Source: an uncultured Actinomycetota bacterium (GTDB lineage: Bacteria > Actinomycetota > Actinomycetes > CAVWCF01). Taken from it: a DNA stretch of 64,000 nucleotides. Every line of letters begins with the position of its first letter. Positions within the stretch are counted from its first letter, which is position 1. Location: assembly GCA_963753435.1 (NCBI GenBank), contig CAVWCF010000001.1, positions 96,001-160,000 on the forward strand. The letters run 5' to 3'. Made by a program: the position numbers and the translations under genes. Below are positions 20,201 to 30,130 of this stretch, in pieces. The notes under the pieces are model-generated. The model had not been told where the DNA came from and searched no databases. It saw nothing but the letters and a program-made list of their open reading frames with translations.

Positions 20201-20736
20201 CGGACTCGTCGATCACAGCCCTGGTAAACGGATCGGATGTCCCAGACGGCGCCGTGGTGACCGTCGGCGGCCTGATCACGAACGTACAGCCGAAGGTGAC
20301 CAAGAAGGGCGAGCGCTGGGCGATCCTCACGTTCGAGGACTTGGCCGCCAGCATCGAGGTCCGGGTCTTCTCCGCGGCATACCGAGCCGCGGGCACGCTC
20401 CTGCATCCGGACTCGGTGGTCCTGATCCGTGGGCGGCTGGAACGCCGCGACGACGCGGTCGGACTGATCGCAATGGACGTGACCCAGCCCGACCTGGGGC
20501 AGGTGGACGCGGGACCAGTCGTGATCACTCTGCCGGCCAGCAGGTGCGTTACCCCGGTGGTGGACCGACTCAAGGACGTCCTGGCTACGCATCCGGGAGC
20601 GGCCGAGGTCCGGCTACGCCTGGAGGCCAGCGAACGAATCACCGAGTGGAAACTGCCCGATGGGCTGCGGGTAGCTCCGGGTCCGGCGCTGTACGGCGAT
20701 CTGAAGGCGCTGCTGGGGCCTTCGGCGGTGGCGTGA
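17209..20736 (+). CDS. dnaE: DNA polymerase III alpha subunit
   Basis: FVHLHVHTEYSMLDG PHP domain; GPGRGSAAGS, SMPDIDIDF and LLKMDFLGL motifs; 1175 aa, no intein-sized insert. Confidence 0.98.
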   Translation: MADSFVHLHVHTEYSMLDGAARVSDLFAEAAAQGMPALAMTDHGNLFGAYEFFQAGKAAGVKPIIGMEGYYVPLGSRHDREPFSFGQAVSAEVGDEGTPRGKSNYTHITLLAESTQGLHNLFRISSLAYLEGYFRKYPRLDAELLSTHGQGIIATTGCPSGEVNRWLQVGQYDKAREAAANLRDVLGPDNYFCELMDHGLDIERRHRDDLLRLARDLGLPLLATNDLHYTHATDAEAHDALLCVQTGRMIADEKRFRFDARDFYLKTAAEMRAVWADFPEAVENTLLVAERCSAEFGQSRDLMPRFDVPAGESEESWLVKEVERGLQRRFPEGVPDEHRRQAEYEVGVVSQMGYPGYFLVVADLVRYAHEQGIRVGPGRGSAAGSLIAYALGITELDPLAHRLLFERFLNPERVSMPDIDIDFDERRRAEMIKYATDKYGEDRVAQIVTYSTIKAKAAVRDSARVLGYPYALGDRLTKAMPPAVMGRDISLPGLFDPKHERYGEGVEFRTLYETDPDAKRVVDTARGLEGLKRQAGVHAAGVILSAEPLMDVIPIMRHADGGIITQLDMGACESLGLLKMDFLGLRNLTVLEDCLAHIRANRGAEVLLESLPLEDRPTFELLSRGDTLGVFQLDGGPMRQLLRSMQPDSFEDISAVLALYRPGPMGANAHNDYADRKNKRKQVEPIHPELAEPLADILGETYGVIVYQEQVMAIAQAVAGYSLGQADLLRRAMGKKKKEILDKEYVPFAAGMKERGYSDSAIKRLWDILVPFADYAFNRAHTAGYGLVSYWTAYLKANYPAEYMAALLTSVKENKDKAAAYLNECRRMKITVLPPDVNESDSDFTPRGKDIRFGLSAVRNVGEGVVQGILAARGTDDPFTDFADFLARVNASVCNKRVVESLIRAGAFDSLGHTRQGLITVHAEAVDLALSLKRNEAVGQFDLFSSDEPGEREATDTIAIPEVEWDKATLLAAEREMLGLYVSDHPLLGVEHLLKRAADSSITALVNGSDVPDGAVVTVGGLITNVQPKVTKKGERWAILTFEDLAASIEVRVFSAAYRAAGTLLHPDSVVLIRGRLERRDDAVGLIAMDVTQPDLGQVDAGPVVITLPASRCVTPVVDRLKDVLATHPGAAEVRLRLEASERITEWKLPDGLRVAPGPALYGDLKALLGPSAVA

Positions 20737-21317
20737 CGGGGCCCAAATCCCTGGGCGGCCGCCCGGCGATCCGAGCAGCGGCGTTCACGGTCTGGGTACT
20801 GGCGCTGGCCGGGGTCGGCTACGGAGCGCTCTGGGCGGCGCTGAGTCCGTCGGAGACCCTTGAGGTCCGCGACGACGGGGTCTATCTGCTGCTCGCTCAG
20901 GGCGAGGGGCGCATTGGGTCGCAGCTGGTCTTCGCCGGTATCGGAGTGGCGGTCGGGCTGCTGGCGGCCGTCCGCTGCTGGCGCCGAGCCCGCTTTCCCA
21001 TACCCATGACGGCGGCGCTGACCGTAGGTGGACTGCTTGCGGCACTGGTCGCCTGGCAGGTCGGGCTGTTGCTGGGCCCCGCAGACATCGACCCCGAGGC
21101 TGCGGTGGGTTCGTTGCTCGACGCGCCCTTGGTGATCGACGCCTACGGCGTTCTACTGGCCGCAGCCTTGGGCGCGGTGGGTACCTGGGCCCTGCTGCTG
21201 TTCCTCACCGAAGATCAGGACCAGCGCGCGACCGCAGCCACCGTGGCGCCAAGCAACTCGATCAACACCGAGGGGGAGAGCCCCACGTCCAGCCCGCGCT
21301 TTCCGCCGGAGACGTAG
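20733..21317 (+). CDS. Four-TM membrane protein (DUF2567-like)
   Basis: GTGA overlap with dnaE; four hydrophobic segments; 3' end overlaps ybaK on the opposite strand. Confidence 0.7.
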   Translation: MTGPKSLGGRPAIRAAAFTVWVLALAGVGYGALWAALSPSETLEVRDDGVYLLLAQGEGRIGSQLVFAGIGVAVGLLAAVRCWRRARFPIPMTAALTVGGLLAALVAWQVGLLLGPADIDPEAAVGSLLDAPLVIDAYGVLLAAALGAVGTWALLLFLTEDQDQRATAATVAPSNSINTEGESPTSSPRFPPET

Positions 21318-21703
21318 ATCCGGTCGAACCCCGTCGCGCTGACATCCAGGACCGTCGACAGTCGGCGCCTGGTACCGAACGGGCTGATCCCACCGGCCAC
21401 GTATCCGGTGATGCGCTCGGCATCAGCGACCTGCGCCATCACCGCTCGCTTGCCACCAACCGCGCTGGCCAGGGCCTTCAGGTCCAGGGTGGCGCTCACC
21501 GGAACTACGGCCAGGTGGGCGTCGGTGTCCACCGTTGCCACCAAGGTCTTGAACACCTGGTCGTGGGGGAGCCCGAGTTTGTTCGCAGCCTCGAGACCGA
21601 AGTTGGCTTCCCCGTCGTGGTCGTACTCGTGCAGCGAGAAGTCCGCCTTGGCCTGCAGCAGGGCTTTGACGGCCGGGGTGCCGCCGGACTTGACCACCGC
21701 CAC
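21215..21703 (-). CDS. ybaK: Cys-tRNA(Pro) deacylase (true start possibly GTG 21697)
   Basis: [26 protein letters not shown] and SGGKRGLD motifs. Confidence 0.94.
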   Translation of the reverse strand: MAVVKSGGTPAVKALLQAKADFSLHEYDHDGEANFGLEAANKLGLPHDQVFKTLVATVDTDAHLAVVPVSATLDLKALASAVGGKRAVMAQVADAERITGYVAGGISPFGTRRRLSTVLDVSATGFDRIYVSGGKRGLDVGLSPSVLIELLGATVAAVARWS

Positions 21704-21774
21704 AGGCTAGGCACACGCCGGCGCGACGGCCCCGATTCGACGCGACCCGGCGCGCACCTAAACTCCGGCAAGCC

Positions 21775-23073
21775 ATGATCCGCCGAATAGACCTCCGTGG
21801 GAGGACCGCGTCCGCCGAGGACGTGCTGCCGCGTGCGAAGCTGGATGTGTCCGCGGCAGTCGAATCGGTCGGTCCGCTCCTAGACGACATCCGCACCCGT
21901 GGTGATGCCGCGGTCCGCGCGGCCACCAGCCGTTTCGACGGAGTCGACTTGGCGGCTCTGCGCGTACCCGCCGAGGCGCTGCGGCGCGCGCTTGCCGAGT
22001 TGGACCCGAGGGTTCGGGCGGCACTGGAGGAGGCTCGTCGCCGGGCGGTCGCCGTTCACCAGGCGCAGTTGCGCCCTGATGCAGTGGTCGATGTTGTGCC
22101 CGGCGGGCGCGTCACCGAGCGCTGGCTGCCGGTGGGTCGCGTCGGCCTCTATGTGCCGGGTGGCCTGGTGGCCTATCCCAGCAGCGTGGTGATGAACGTG
22201 GTGCCCGCGCAGGTCGCCGGTGTGTCCTCGTTGGCAGTCGCCAGCCCGCCACAGGCGCAGTTCGATGGTCTGCCGCACCCCGCAGTGCTGGCGGCCTGCG
22301 AACTACTCGGCGTGGCGGAGGTGTACGCGGTTGGCGGCGCCCAGGCGATCGGCATGTTCGCGTTCGGAACGGAGTCCTGCCCACGTGTGGACCTGGTCAC
22401 CGGCCCGGGCAACGTCTACGTGGCCGCGGCCAAGCGGCTCGTGGCCGGCCGCGTGGGTATCGATGCAGAGGCCGGTCCCACCGAGATCGGCATCCTTGCC
22501 GACGATTCCGCCGACCCGGCCTTCGTGGCGGCCGATCTGATCGCTCAGGCCGAACACGACCCGAACGCCTCCTGCCTGCTCGTCACGGATTCGCCGGCCC
22601 TGCTAGACGCTGTTGACGTCGAGTTGGCGCGCCAGGTGCCAATCACCCGACACACGGAACGGGTGCAGACGGCGCTGACGAATCAGTCGGCGTTCGCGCT
22701 CGTCGACGACCTTGACGCCGGACTCGCGGTCGTCGACTCCTGGGCGGCCGAGCACCTGGAGGTCTTGACCCGCGACGCCGCCGAACGCGCGCGCCGGGTG
22801 CGTAACGCGGGGGCGATCTTCGTCGGGCCGTATTCCCCGGTCAGCCTCGGCGACTACCTGGCCGGTTCCAACCACGTGCTCCCGACTGGTGGTACGGCGC
22901 GGTTCACCGGTGGACTGTCGGTGGAGACCTTCCTGCGGGGGATTCACCTGGTGGAGTACGACCGGGACGCGCTTGCCGGCATCGCCGACCACGTCACGGC
23001 GTTGGGCGGCGCGGAGGACCTGGCTGCTCATGTCGATGCCGTCCGCGTCCGGACCGGACCAGGCCCGACATGA
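21775..23073 (+). CDS. hisD: Histidinol dehydrogenase
   Basis: [28 protein letters not shown] and [13 protein letters not shown] motifs. Confidence 0.97.
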   Translation: MIRRIDLRGRTASAEDVLPRAKLDVSAAVESVGPLLDDIRTRGDAAVRAATSRFDGVDLAALRVPAEALRRALAELDPRVRAALEEARRRAVAVHQAQLRPDAVVDVVPGGRVTERWLPVGRVGLYVPGGLVAYPSSVVMNVVPAQVAGVSSLAVASPPQAQFDGLPHPAVLAACELLGVAEVYAVGGAQAIGMFAFGTESCPRVDLVTGPGNVYVAAAKRLVAGRVGIDAEAGPTEIGILADDSADPAFVAADLIAQAEHDPNASCLLVTDSPALLDAVDVELARQVPITRHTERVQTALTNQSAFALVDDLDAGLAVVDSWAAEHLEVLTRDAAERARRVRNAGAIFVGPYSPVSLGDYLAGSNHVLPTGGTARFTGGLSVETFLRGIHLVEYDRDALAGIADHVTALGGAEDLAAHVDAVRVRTGPGPT

Positions 23074-24167
23074 CCGGCGAGCGGCCCGAATTGGAGATGC
23101 TGCTTCGGGCGGACCTGCGCGGTCTGGATCCCTATGGGGCGCCGCAACTTGATGTGCCGGTTCGGCTGAACGTAAACGAGAACCCCTACGCGCCGGACGA
23201 CGAACTCGTCGATGACCTGACCATGGCGATCGCGCACGCGGCGCGCACGCTGAATCGCTACCCGGATCGTGACGCCGTCGCGCTGCGCTTGGAGTTGGCC
23301 GACTACTTGCACCAGCGGGAGTGGGTGCAGTTGTCGGCGGAGCACATCTGGGTCGCCAACGGATCCAACGAACTGATGCTGCAGTTGCTGCAGGCCTTCG
23401 GTGGTCCCGGCCGGGTGGCCCTCAGCTTCGCACCGACGTACTCGATGTACCCGGAGTACTGCCGCGACACCTTCACCGAGTACCAGACCGTGGATCGGCT
23501 GCCGGACTTCGGCATAGATCGGACTGCGGCTCTGCACGCGATCGCCGAACACCAGCCCGACGTGGTGTTGCTGGCCAGCCCAAACAACCCGACCGGGACG
23601 GCTCTGGAGTCCGACACGCTTGCGGCGATCCTGGCGGCCGCGCCAGGCCTGGTCGTGGTCGACGAGGCCTACGCGGAGTTCCGGCGCCCGGGCACCCCGA
23701 CCGCGCTGAGCCTGCTGGCCGACCACCCCAGGCTGGTCGTCACCCGGACCATGAGCAAGGCGTTCGCGCTGGCGGGTGCCCGCGTCGGCTACTTGGCCGC
23801 GGATCCCGTGATCGTGCGGTCGCTGCAGGTTGTCCGGCTTCCTTACCACCTGTCGGCGGTGACCCAGGCGGTCGCGCGCACGGCCCTCGCGCACGCCGAC
23901 TCATTGCTCGCGCAGGTGGACGATCTGCGCAGCGGCCGCGACGAGTTGGTCCAGTGGTTGCGCGACAACGGCCTTGAGGTCGCCGAGTCCGACGCCAACT
24001 TCGTGCTGTTCGGGCGATTTCCGGACCGGCACCAGGTGTGGTCGCAGCTCCTGGACCGAGGCGTGCTGATCCGGGAGACCGGCCCGGATGGTTGGCTTCG
24101 GGTGAGCATTGGCACGCCGGAGGAGATGCGCGCGTTTCGGCGGGCGCTTGAGGAGGTCATCGCGTGA
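23070..24167 (+). CDS. hisC: Histidinol-phosphate aminotransferase
   Basis: [28 protein letters not shown] and [16 protein letters not shown] motifs. Confidence 0.96.
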   Translation: MTGERPELEMLLRADLRGLDPYGAPQLDVPVRLNVNENPYAPDDELVDDLTMAIAHAARTLNRYPDRDAVALRLELADYLHQREWVQLSAEHIWVANGSNELMLQLLQAFGGPGRVALSFAPTYSMYPEYCRDTFTEYQTVDRLPDFGIDRTAALHAIAEHQPDVVLLASPNNPTGTALESDTLAAILAAAPGLVVVDEAYAEFRRPGTPTALSLLADHPRLVVTRTMSKAFALAGARVGYLAADPVIVRSLQVVRLPYHLSAVTQAVARTALAHADSLLAQVDDLRSGRDELVQWLRDNGLEVAESDANFVLFGRFPDRHQVWSQLLDRGVLIRETGPDGWLRVSIGTPEEMRAFRRALEEVIA

Positions 24168-24751
24168 GCCGCACAGCGACGGTCCAGCGCAACACCAAGG
24201 AATCCCAGGTCGCGGTCACCCTCGACCTGGACGGGTCCGGTGACGTCAACGTGGCCACCGGCGTGCCGTTCTTCGACCACATGTTGGCGCAGCTCGGAAA
24301 GCACGGCGGACTGGACCTGTCGGTGCAGACGATCGGCGATCTCGATGTTGATGCCCACCACACTGTTGAGGACACGTCACTGGCGGTCGGCCAGGCGCTG
24401 CGGGAAGCGTTGGGGGACAAGGCCGGCATCCGCCGATTCGGTGACGCACTGGTACCCCTTGACGAGACCCTGGTCCAGGCCGCCGTCGACCTGTCCGGTC
24501 GTCCCTACGTGGTGCACACCGAGCCGGAGATCGTTGAACTCATCGGCACCTACGACACAACTCTCACCCGGCACATCTGGGAGTCGATCGTTGCCGAGGC
24601 GCGGATCTGCCTGCACGTGCGCGTACTTTCCGGACGCAACGCCCACCACGTGGTCGAGGCGCAGTTCAAGGCGGTGGCGCGCGCGCTGCGAGTGGCGGCA
24701 TCCCGCGACGAGCGCGTGATTGGGATCCCGTCGACCAAGGGCAGCCTGTAG
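24164..24751 (+). CDS. hisB: Imidazoleglycerol-phosphate dehydratase
   Basis: FFDHML, DAHHTVED, NAHHVVEAQFKA and PSTKG motifs. Confidence 0.97.
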   Translation: MSRTATVQRNTKESQVAVTLDLDGSGDVNVATGVPFFDHMLAQLGKHGGLDLSVQTIGDLDVDAHHTVEDTSLAVGQALREALGDKAGIRRFGDALVPLDETLVQAAVDLSGRPYVVHTEPEIVELIGTYDTTLTRHIWESIVAEARICLHVRVLSGRNAHHVVEAQFKAVARALRVAASRDERVIGIPSTKGSL

Positions 24752-24758
24752 CGGCGCC

Positions 24759-24908
24759 ATGATCAGCATCCTGATGCTTGCCTTGGCAGGTTTTCTCGGC
24801 GGTGGCTCCTACTCGTTGTTCCGTAATGAGCACCGTGTCGGCGCGGTCGTTGTGGGTGTGGGTGCGGCGTTGGCATTGGCCGCCGGACTGGCCTGGTGGG
24901 GGCAGTGA
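24759..24908 (+). CDS. Small two-TM membrane protein (49 aa)
   Basis: [20 protein letters not shown]...LAWWGQ; fills the hisB-hisH gap; its stop overlaps the hisH GTG. Confidence 0.75.
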   Translation: MISILMLALAGFLGGGSYSLFRNEHRVGAVVVGVGAALALAAGLAWWGQ

Positions 24909-25540
24909 CCGCTCGCCCTCGAGTAGCCGTGCTCGACTACGGCTCAGGCAACGTGCGCTCGGCGGTTCGCGCCATTGAGGCAGCCGGCGCCGATGCCGTG
25001 CTGACCGCCGACCTCGACGTTTGCCGCACCGCCGACGGCCTGGTCGTGCCTGGCGTCGGAGCATTTGCTTCCTGCATGCAGGGGCTTCGCGAAGTCGGGG
25101 CGCCACGGCTGATCGACACCCGGCTGGCCGGTGGCCGGCCGGTACTGGGCATTTGCGTGGGCATGCAGGTGTTGTTCGAGTCCGGCGACGAGCACGGTGT
25201 CCACAGTGACGGGCTGGGGCAGTGGCCGGGGACGGTGGAACGGCTGCGCGCCGACGTCTTGCCGCACATGGGTTGGAACACCGTTCAGGCGCCGACGGAT
25301 TCGGTTCTGTTCGCCGGTGTTGGCGATGAGCGCTTCTACTTCGTGCACTCCTACGCGGCGCGCGCGTGGACTCTGGCCCCGGACTCCCGACTCGCGGACC
25401 CGCTGGTCACCTACAGCACGCATGGCGAGCCGTTCGTGGCCGCTGTTGAGAACGGTGCACTTACGGCCACACAGTTTCATCCGGAGAAATCCGGATCCGC
25501 GGGGCTGCGCTTGCTGGGCAATTGGATATTGACGCTATGA
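24905..25540 (+). CDS. hisH: Imidazole glycerol phosphate synthase, glutaminase subunit
   Basis: [28 protein letters not shown] and QFHPEKS motifs. Confidence 0.97.
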   Translation: MTARPRVAVLDYGSGNVRSAVRAIEAAGADAVLTADLDVCRTADGLVVPGVGAFASCMQGLREVGAPRLIDTRLAGGRPVLGICVGMQVLFESGDEHGVHSDGLGQWPGTVERLRADVLPHMGWNTVQAPTDSVLFAGVGDERFYFVHSYAARAWTLAPDSRLADPLVTYSTHGEPFVAAVENGALTATQFHPEKSGSAGLRLLGNWILTL

Positions 25541-25552
25541 CGAGGTGGGTTA

Positions 25553-26284
25553 ATGAGTGACAAGCTGGTGCTGTTGCCGGCGGTAGACGTTGCCGACGGG
25601 CAAGCGGTCCGCCTCGTTCAGGGCGAGGCTGGATCGGAGACCGATTACGGAGACCCCGCCGACGCGGCCCTGGCGTGGCAGCAGGCCGGTGCGGAGTGGA
25701 TCCACCTCGTTGACTTGGACGCGGCGTTCGGCCGCGGATCGAATGCTGACTTGCTGGCCGACCTGGTCCGGCGGCTGGACGTCGACGTGGAGTTGTCCGG
25801 CGGCATACGTGATGACGCTTCGCTGCGAGCCGCGCTGGCTACCGGCTGCCGCCGCGTCAACCTGGGCACCGCTGCGCTGGAGGACCCGGACTGGACGCGG
25901 CGCGTGATCGCCGAGCATGGCGATCGGATTGCCGTTGGCCTGGACGTGCGTGGCAGCACGTTGGCCGCCCGCGGTTGGACGTCCGAAGGTGGCGATCTGT
26001 GGGAGACCCTGGCGCGCCTGGATGCCGACGGTTGCGCCCGGTACGTGGTCACTGACGTAACCAAGGACGGCACCTTGACCGGTCCCAACCTCGATCTCCT
26101 CGCCCGGGTGTGCGCGGCTACGGACCGACCGGTCATTGCCTCCGGCGGGGTGAGCAGCTTGGCGGATCTGCGCGCGCTGTCGGCGCTCGTTCCCGACGGC
26201 GTTGAGGGTGCCATCGTCGGCAAGGCGCTGTACGCCGGCGCATTCACGCTCACCGAGGCGTTGCAGGCGGTGTCCGGCAACTGA
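25553..26284 (+). CDS. priA: Bifunctional phosphoribosyl isomerase PriA (HisA/TrpF)
   Basis: [32 protein letters not shown] and RGW motifs; no separate trpF in the trp cluster. Confidence 0.94.
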   Translation: MSDKLVLLPAVDVADGQAVRLVQGEAGSETDYGDPADAALAWQQAGAEWIHLVDLDAAFGRGSNADLLADLVRRLDVDVELSGGIRDDASLRAALATGCRRVNLGTAALEDPDWTRRVIAEHGDRIAVGLDVRGSTLAARGWTSEGGDLWETLARLDADGCARYVVTDVTKDGTLTGPNLDLLARVCAATDRPVIASGGVSSLADLRALSALVPDGVEGAIVGKALYAGAFTLTEALQAVSGN

Positions 26285-26961
26285 ACGCCCCCCGCCCCCT
26301 GGCCGAGCTCGTCGATCCGGGCTGGGCCGAAGCGCTTGATCCGGTGGCCGACCGCATCACCGCCATGGGCGGCTTCCTGCGCGCGGAGGTTGCGGCCGGT
26401 CGCGGCTATCTGCCGGCGGGCGCCGACGTGCTGCGCGCCTTCACCTATCCGCTCGCCGACGTGCGGGTGCTGATCGTCGGGCAGGACCCGTACCCGACGC
26501 CGGGGCACCCGGTGGGCCTTTCGTTCTCAGTGGCGGCTGATGTCCGGCCCCTGCCGCGGTCGCTGCAGAACATATTCCGGGAACTGAGCACGGACATCGG
26601 CTGCCCGGTCCCCGCCACGGGCGACCTGTCCCCATGGTGCGACCGCGGGGTAATGCTGCTGAACCGGGTCCTGACGGTTGGGCCGCGCAATCCGGCGTCG
26701 CACCGGGGCAAAGGCTGGGAGCAGATCACCGACCGGGCCATCGATGCCCTCGTTGCGCGGGGTGGTCCGCTGATCGCGATTCTCTGGGGTCGCGACGCAC
26801 AGACACTCCAGCCGCGGCTCGGGAGCATCCCCTGCATCACCAGCGCGCATCCCAGCCCGATGTCCGCCGATCGCGGCTTCTTCGGTTCCAAGCCGTTCAG
26901 CCGCGCCAACGATGCCCTGCTCGCGCAGGGGGCGGAGCCGATCGACTGGACTCTGCCCTAG
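26281..26961 (+). CDS. ung: Uracil-DNA glycosylase family 1 (first canonical start 26344; conserved-looking N-terminus extends to CTG 26281)
   Basis: [20 protein letters not shown] and HPSPMSA motifs; in-frame upstream [15 protein letters not shown]. Confidence 0.93.
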   Translation: MNAPRPLAELVDPGWAEALDPVADRITAMGGFLRAEVAAGRGYLPAGADVLRAFTYPLADVRVLIVGQDPYPTPGHPVGLSFSVAADVRPLPRSLQNIFRELSTDIGCPVPATGDLSPWCDRGVMLLNRVLTVGPRNPASHRGKGWEQITDRAIDALVARGGPLIAILWGRDAQTLQPRLGSIPCITSAHPSPMSADRGFFGSKPFSRANDALLAQGAEPIDWTLP

Positions 26962-27356
26962 GCGCCGTTGCCGGCGCCGTTGAGGCGAATCTCGACGCCC
27001 ACATGACCGGACTTGGCCCGCCTCTTGCCAAGCAGTCGGAAGAACTTGAAGGCCAGCCCGAACTTGTCCGTGAATACGCGCTCGACGTCGGCGGTCCCGG
27101 GGTCGTCAAGAAGCCGGGCCGCACCGGGCACCTGCTCGCCACGTAGCCGACCACGACTGTCACAGGGTGCGACGAGTACCGCACCGGAGTTGCGCAGGCG
27201 CTTGGCCTTGCCGGAGTCGGCCTGGGTCCAAACGAGAAGCCGATCGTCCACAGCGGCTACCCACACCGGCGTCGGCACCGCGGTCCCGTCCCGCTTGAAC
27301 GTGGTCAGGCTCAGGTACTTGCCCTGCCCGATTTCGTCGATCTTCGCCTGGCTCAT
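26958..27356 (-). CDS. PPOX class putative F420-dependent oxidoreductase
   Basis: [19 protein letters not shown] and GKAKRLRN...VAPCDSRG motifs. Confidence 0.9.
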   Translation of the reverse strand: MSQAKIDEIGQGKYLSLTTFKRDGTAVPTPVWVAAVDDRLLVWTQADSGKAKRLRNSGAVLVAPCDSRGRLRGEQVPGAARLLDDPGTADVERVFTDKFGLAFKFFRLLGKRRAKSGHVGVEIRLNGAGNGA

Positions 27357-27389
27357 GCGGTGAGGATAGGTGTGCCTAGGGTGGTCGGC

Positions 27390-28166
27390 ATGTCGTTGGC
27401 CGTCCGGGTTATTCCGTGTCTGGACGTGGACGCCGGTCGAGTCGTCAAAGGTGTGAACTTCCTGGACCTGCGCGACGCCGGCGACCCGGTGGAACTGGCG
27501 CGCCGCTACGACGAGCAGGGCGCCGACGAGTTGGTTTTCCTCGACATCACCGCCAGTAGTGGCGACCGGGAGACGACCTATGACGTGGTTCGTAGAACTG
27601 CCGAGCAGGTCTTCATCCCGCTCACGGTTGGCGGCGGGGTGCGCAGCGTCGGTGATGTCGACCGGTTGTTACGTGCCGGGGCGGACAAAGTCGGGGTGAA
27701 CACTGCAGCCATCGCCCGACCGGACCTGATCGACGAGATCGCCGCACAGTTCGGCTCTCAGGTCCTGGTGTTGTCGGTGGATGCCCGCCGTGGGGTCGGC
27801 ACCGACTCCGGCTTTGAGGTAACGACGCATGGTGGCCGGCAAGGCACAGGTTTGGACGCCGTCGCCTGGGCGGCCGAGGGGGCCCGGCGCGGGGTTGGGG
27901 AGATCCTGCTCAACTCGATGGATGCCGACGGCACCAAGGACGGCTTTGACCTGGAACTGATTCAGCAGGTGCGCGCCGCTGTGACTGTTCCCGTGATCGC
28001 CAGCGGGGGAGCTGGGTCCCTTGCCGACTTCGCACCGGCTGTGGCGGCCGGCGCGGACGCGGTGCTGGCTGCCAGCGTCTTTCACTTCGGGGAGATGACT
28101 GTGGCTGAGGTCAAGTCCAGCCTGGAGGCGTCGGGTGTGCCGGTTCGCACGGCCACCCGTCCATAG
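27390..28166 (+). CDS. hisF: Imidazole glycerol phosphate synthase cyclase subunit
   Basis: [22 protein letters not shown] and [13 protein letters not shown] motifs. Confidence 0.97.
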   Translation: MSLAVRVIPCLDVDAGRVVKGVNFLDLRDAGDPVELARRYDEQGADELVFLDITASSGDRETTYDVVRRTAEQVFIPLTVGGGVRSVGDVDRLLRAGADKVGVNTAAIARPDLIDEIAAQFGSQVLVLSVDARRGVGTDSGFEVTTHGGRQGTGLDAVAWAAEGARRGVGEILLNSMDADGTKDGFDLELIQQVRAAVTVPVIASGGAGSLADFAPAVAAGADAVLAASVFHFGEMTVAEVKSSLEASGVPVRTATRP

Positions 28167-28209
28167 CGAGCAAGTGAGGCAACTGGTCGTAGCCGTAGCG
28201 GTGGTGCGG

Positions 28210-28845
28210 TCACACGCCCAGGTCGACACCCTTGAAGGCATCAAGGGCGTCGGCAGCGCCGTTTAGCTCAACCAGCGCGTGTTCGCGGCGACCGAACGCA
28301 TACATCGCCAACTCCGACGGCTTGCCGGTCAGCGTCACCGGGTTCGGCTTGTCGATCACCGTTGCCTCCCGTCCGTCCAGGGTGCGCAGCACTACTCCGA
28401 CGGGCGATGAGCGGAAGAAGACGCGTCCGCGCTTGCTGACGACGGCCCAGAGGAAGGCCTCGTCGGAGTCGCGCAGCTGCCGGGGCTCCCACCCGTCGGC
28501 AGCGCGGCGAACGTCCTCGTGATGGATGAAGTACTCCGCGCCGTTGGCCATCTCGTCGACCTTGCCGATCCGGAATCCCGACCACTTCGGCGGGCCGTTG
28601 CGCACCTGCGCCACCAGGTCGGGGTACGCGGTCGCGCTCACTGCTCGTTCGATGGCGGAGTCGTGGAGGTTGGCTAGCTTGTCTACGACGATGCCGATGC
28701 TGGCGAGCATGTTGCCTTCGCGGACCACCAGGTGGGCGGTCAACTCCGAACTCCGCCAGCCCTCGCAGAGGGTGGGGGCCTCGGGGCCCACCTTGTCGAG
28801 CAAATCAGCCAGGGCGGCACGTTCGGCCTGCGCAAGTGTCGTCAT
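28210..28845 (-). CDS. TIGR03085-like metal-binding protein (DinB/MDMPI superfamily)
   Basis: ERAALADLL...GPEAPTLCEGW...AHLVVRE and EYFIHHEDVRRA motifs. Confidence 0.9.
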   Translation of the reverse strand: MTTLAQAERAALADLLDKVGPEAPTLCEGWRSSELTAHLVVREGNMLASIGIVVDKLANLHDSAIERAVSATAYPDLVAQVRNGPPKWSGFRIGKVDEMANGAEYFIHHEDVRRAADGWEPRQLRDSDEAFLWAVVSKRGRVFFRSSPVGVVLRTLDGREATVIDKPNPVTLTGKPSELAMYAFGRREHALVELNGAADALDAFKGVDLGV

Positions 28846-28934
28846 GGGACGGAGGCTACGTACCCGTCCGATTCCGCGCATCTGCTGAGAGCGCGCCTAC
28901 GATCGGGATCCGATTCTCAACGGGGGAGGGCGCG

Positions 28935-29735
28935 GTGCCATTGCTGGAGCGTGGCGATGTCGCCATCCACTACGAAGTGCACGGGGGCGGCGACCCCGTG
29001 CTGCTCATGGGCGGTTGGGGGACGTACGGGCACGGCAACCTGCGCCACGCGCCGCGGGTGCTGCAGTCCGGCTACCGCCTGATCGTGTTCGACTACCGCG
29101 GCATCGGCGCCAGCACGGATGACACGGGTCCGGCGAGCATGCGCCGGCTCGCCGACGATGCTGCCGCTGTTCTGGACGAGGTCGATGCCGCAGCAGCCCA
29201 TGTGGTTGGCATCGTGGGGATGGGCGGCTGCATCGCCCAGGAACTGGCGATCCAGCGTCCCGAGTTGGTGCGGAGCCTCTTCCTGTCCGGAACCTGGGCC
29301 CGGGTTGATGCCGCCTTCGCCGATCTGATGGTGTCCTTCGTCGAGGCGCACCGGGACAGCGGTTTCGCGGCCTTCCAGCGACTCTGCGCCGCGACGGCGT
29401 TCGATCCCGACTTCTACTCGGACAATCGCGACCGCATCCTCGGCCCGGCCGGTGCCTGGAGTGACCTGGACGGGCACCTGGGGACCCACGAGCGGCTCAC
29501 GGAGGCGTGCTTGTCCCACGACACGATTGGGCGTCTGGGTGGGATCGACGTGCCGGCGCTGGTTCTGCATGCGGGCGCCGACGTGATCACTCCGCCACGC
29601 CTGACCCGCGCCCTGGCCGACGAACTGCCCAAAGTCGAGTCGCTGGAATGGCCGGACCTGGCGCACGTGGTCGCCGGGCGCCAGCAGCGCGCCCGCTTCG
29701 ACGGCCTGCTGGCGGACTTCCTTAACCGCGTCTGA
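28935..29735 (+). CDS. Alpha/beta fold hydrolase-like protein lacking the nucleophile Ser
   Basis: [23 protein letters not shown], elbow [20 protein letters not shown] and LAHVV; GGGAGG RBS. Confidence 0.85.
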   Translation: MPLLERGDVAIHYEVHGGGDPVLLMGGWGTYGHGNLRHAPRVLQSGYRLIVFDYRGIGASTDDTGPASMRRLADDAAAVLDEVDAAAAHVVGIVGMGGCIAQELAIQRPELVRSLFLSGTWARVDAAFADLMVSFVEAHRDSGFAAFQRLCAATAFDPDFYSDNRDRILGPAGAWSDLDGHLGTHERLTEACLSHDTIGRLGGIDVPALVLHAGADVITPPRLTRALADELPKVESLEWPDLAHVVAGRQQRARFDGLLADFLNRV

Positions 29736-30130
29736 TGGCGCCGCGGTCGGACTGGGAGGATGTCGCCGTGACCGACCTGGACCCGGCCATCGGCGACCGG
29801 CTCAAGCGCGACCGCGACGGGCTCTTCTGTGCGGTGGCGCAGCAACACGACACCGGCGAAGTGCTCATGGTCGCCTGGATGGACGACGAGGCTCTAGCCC
29901 GCACGCTAAGTACGGGTTGGGCGACCTACTACTCCCGCAGCCGCGGTGAGTACTGGCGCAAGGGCGACACCTCCGGTCACACCCAGCGGGTGATCGCCGC
30001 CCGGCTTGACTGCGACGGCGACGCCGTCCTGTTGTCCGTCGATCAGACCGGCGCCGCCTGCCACACCGGCAATCGCACCTGCTTCTTCACTGAATTGCCC
30101 GTGGACGCATCGCCCGTGGACGCGCGGTGA
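29735..30130 (+). CDS. hisI: Phosphoribosyl-AMP cyclohydrolase (alternative start GTG 29768)
   Basis: [21 protein letters not shown] and [10 protein letters not shown] motifs. Confidence 0.96.
   Translation: MAPRSDWEDVAVTDLDPAIGDRLKRDRDGLFCAVAQQHDTGEVLMVAWMDDEALARTLSTGWATYYSRSRGEYWRKGDTSGHTQRVIAARLDCDGDAVLLSVDQTGAACHTGNRTCFFTELPVDASPVDAR

Noticed and set aside
17209-20736. Intein in DnaE
   Set aside because: Normal length of 1175 aa with continuous polymerase motifs; no splicing or LAGLIDADG motifs seen.
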